This document shows positions 63,153-64,000 of a DNA stretch of 64,000 nucleotides, piece after piece. The DNA is from Acidobacteriota bacterium. Its GTDB lineage: Bacteria > Acidobacteriota > JAQAZP01. Numbering within the stretch: the first letter of the stretch is position 1; each line of letters opens with the position of its first letter. The notes under the pieces were generated by a model. The model was given only the letters and a program-made list of their open reading frames with translations. It had not been told where the DNA came from and made no database searches. Location of the stretch: NCBI GenBank assembly GCA_032127265.1, contig JAQAZP010000279.1, positions 1,272 through 65,271 of the forward strand. Reading direction: 5' to 3'. Position numbers and translations under genes: made by a program.

Positions 63153-64000
63153 TCAGTGAGCCTGCGTTTCCGGCGGCGTAAGGAAAAATTCCTGGTTCTC
63201 CAGGGTCAGGCCATCGATGGGCACCAGGGGATAACCAGAATCGTCTTCGATGACAGTGTCCGGCCAATCGAAATCCGGATCGATGGTGCGGAAATGCTCT
63301 AAGGGCTGTTCCAGCAGCCGGACCCGGATCTCGTTACCGGCACCCTCAAAAATCCGCGGGGTGATGGAAAAGTCAACTTCGCCCAAAGCAGTGCGCACCA
63401 CGTAGCGAGGAATCTCCCTGCCGCTGCCCTGCCGCCTGACCATGGTGGCGATGTCGATTACCGTATTCAGCTCGATGGGCCGCCGGCGGTTCCACTCCCG
63501 CTGGACCGGCAGACCGGCCACGTACACGCTGTTGAACTCGATGCCCATGTCCCGGCAACTGGAGGAAATGCGCATCATCTCCTCGCCGTTGTCGTTGATC
63601 TCACCCAGCAGCGGAGTGTTGTTGTAGACCGTGATGCCGTGCCGGCGAAGCTGGCCTACGATCTGCGCATGCTCGGGCCGGAACTCGCTGGAGTGAATGA
63701 ACTGCGTCTCCAGCTCCAGCCGCAGCGGACTCACCGGGTGCAGGCGGTTCAACGGAACCAGGCGGGACACCGCCGCCCTGGTGAGTGCCGAGGGGGTGTA
63801 GTTCAGCTTCAGCGTGCGCAGTCGGATCGAGTGCAGGTTGTGGTAGATACGCAGGCGAGAGACCAGGTCTACAATTCGGGAGAGCCCGCTGAGTACATCG
63901 TTGGCATGGGAGAGGACCAGGTCGGTGATTTGTGGCTGGTCTGCGAGGTAGGTCAGCGCTTCTGCCATTTCTTCATCCGGGGCGGCGCAGTCCAGTTCGG
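63153..64000 (-). CDS. KamA-family (lysine 2,3-aminomutase-like) radical SAM protein, N-terminus beyond the window edge
   Basis: The C-terminal region TVYNNTPLLGEINDNGEEMMRISSSCRDMGIEFNSVYVAG matches the KamA/EpmB pattern (LLKGVNDN...PYY). The CxxxCxxC core would lie upstream of position 64000, so the gene is truncated. Confidence 0.55.
   Translation of the reverse strand, partial: ELDCAAPDEEMAEALTYLADQPQITDLVLSHANDVLSGLSRIVDLVSRLRIYHNLHSIRLRTLKLNYTPSALTRAAVSRLVPLNRLHPVSPLRLELETQFIHSSEFRPEHAQIVGQLRRHGITVYNNTPLLGEINDNGEEMMRISSSCRDMGIEFNSVYVAGLPVQREWNRRRPIELNTVIDIATMVRRQGSGREIPRYVVRTALGEVDFSITPRIFEGAGNEIRVRLLEQPLEHFRTIDPDFDWPDTVIEDDSGYPLVPIDGLTLENQEFFLTPPETQAH

Noticed and set aside
1-64000. 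Looked for CRISPR arrays, tRNA/rRNA genes, transposases, integrases, phage genes and toxin-antitoxin pairs
   Set aside because: I saw no regularly spaced direct repeats, no recognisable tRNA cloverleaf candidates, and no transposase or integrase motifs by eye. I cannot run tRNAscan or HMMs, so small RNAs may have been missed.

Overview
This is a high-GC bacterial chromosomal window with dense coding on both strands and about 55 supportable genes. I see no rRNA, tRNA, CRISPR array, transposase or phage genes. Recognisable housekeeping genes are murB, pnp, a DEAD-box RNA helicase, tag, a RecD2-like helicase, acyP, a Glu/Leu/Phe/Val dehydrogenase, an adenosine deaminase and an ECF sigma / anti-sigma pair. 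The accessory genes are envelope- and secretome-oriented: two tandem outer-membrane porins, an S9 peptidase, a sulfatase-TPR lipoprotein, a dockerin-bearing beta-propeller protein, a matrixin-PPC protease, a HAF-repeat protein and several small secreted proteins. Three radical SAM proteins plus a truncated KamA-like gene are present. The standout is a ~14 kb co-directional transporter locus at 24183-38360. It encodes an ABC ATPase, an ABC-2 permease fused to a ~900 aa extracytoplasmic domain, an RND adaptor lipoprotein, an RND permease, and a second RND permease fused through an extra transmembrane insertion to a second ABC ATPase domain, followed by another ABC-2 permease. Such an RND-ABC hybrid architecture is not known to me and is the best candidate for an undescribed system. 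Further notable signals are two long AT-rich palindromic intergenic elements (38361-38429 and 50682-50770), three intergenic promoter candidates of the form TTGACA-N17-TATAGT/TACATT plus a weaker TTGACT-N18-TAAGAT upstream of the 52129 operon, and a co-directional cluster of isochorismatase-like, FAD oxidoreductase, radical SAM and adenosine-deaminase-family genes with overlapping stop and start codons. Many long ORFs in the six-frame track are GC-driven shadow frames (rich in R/A/G/P) and were not called.
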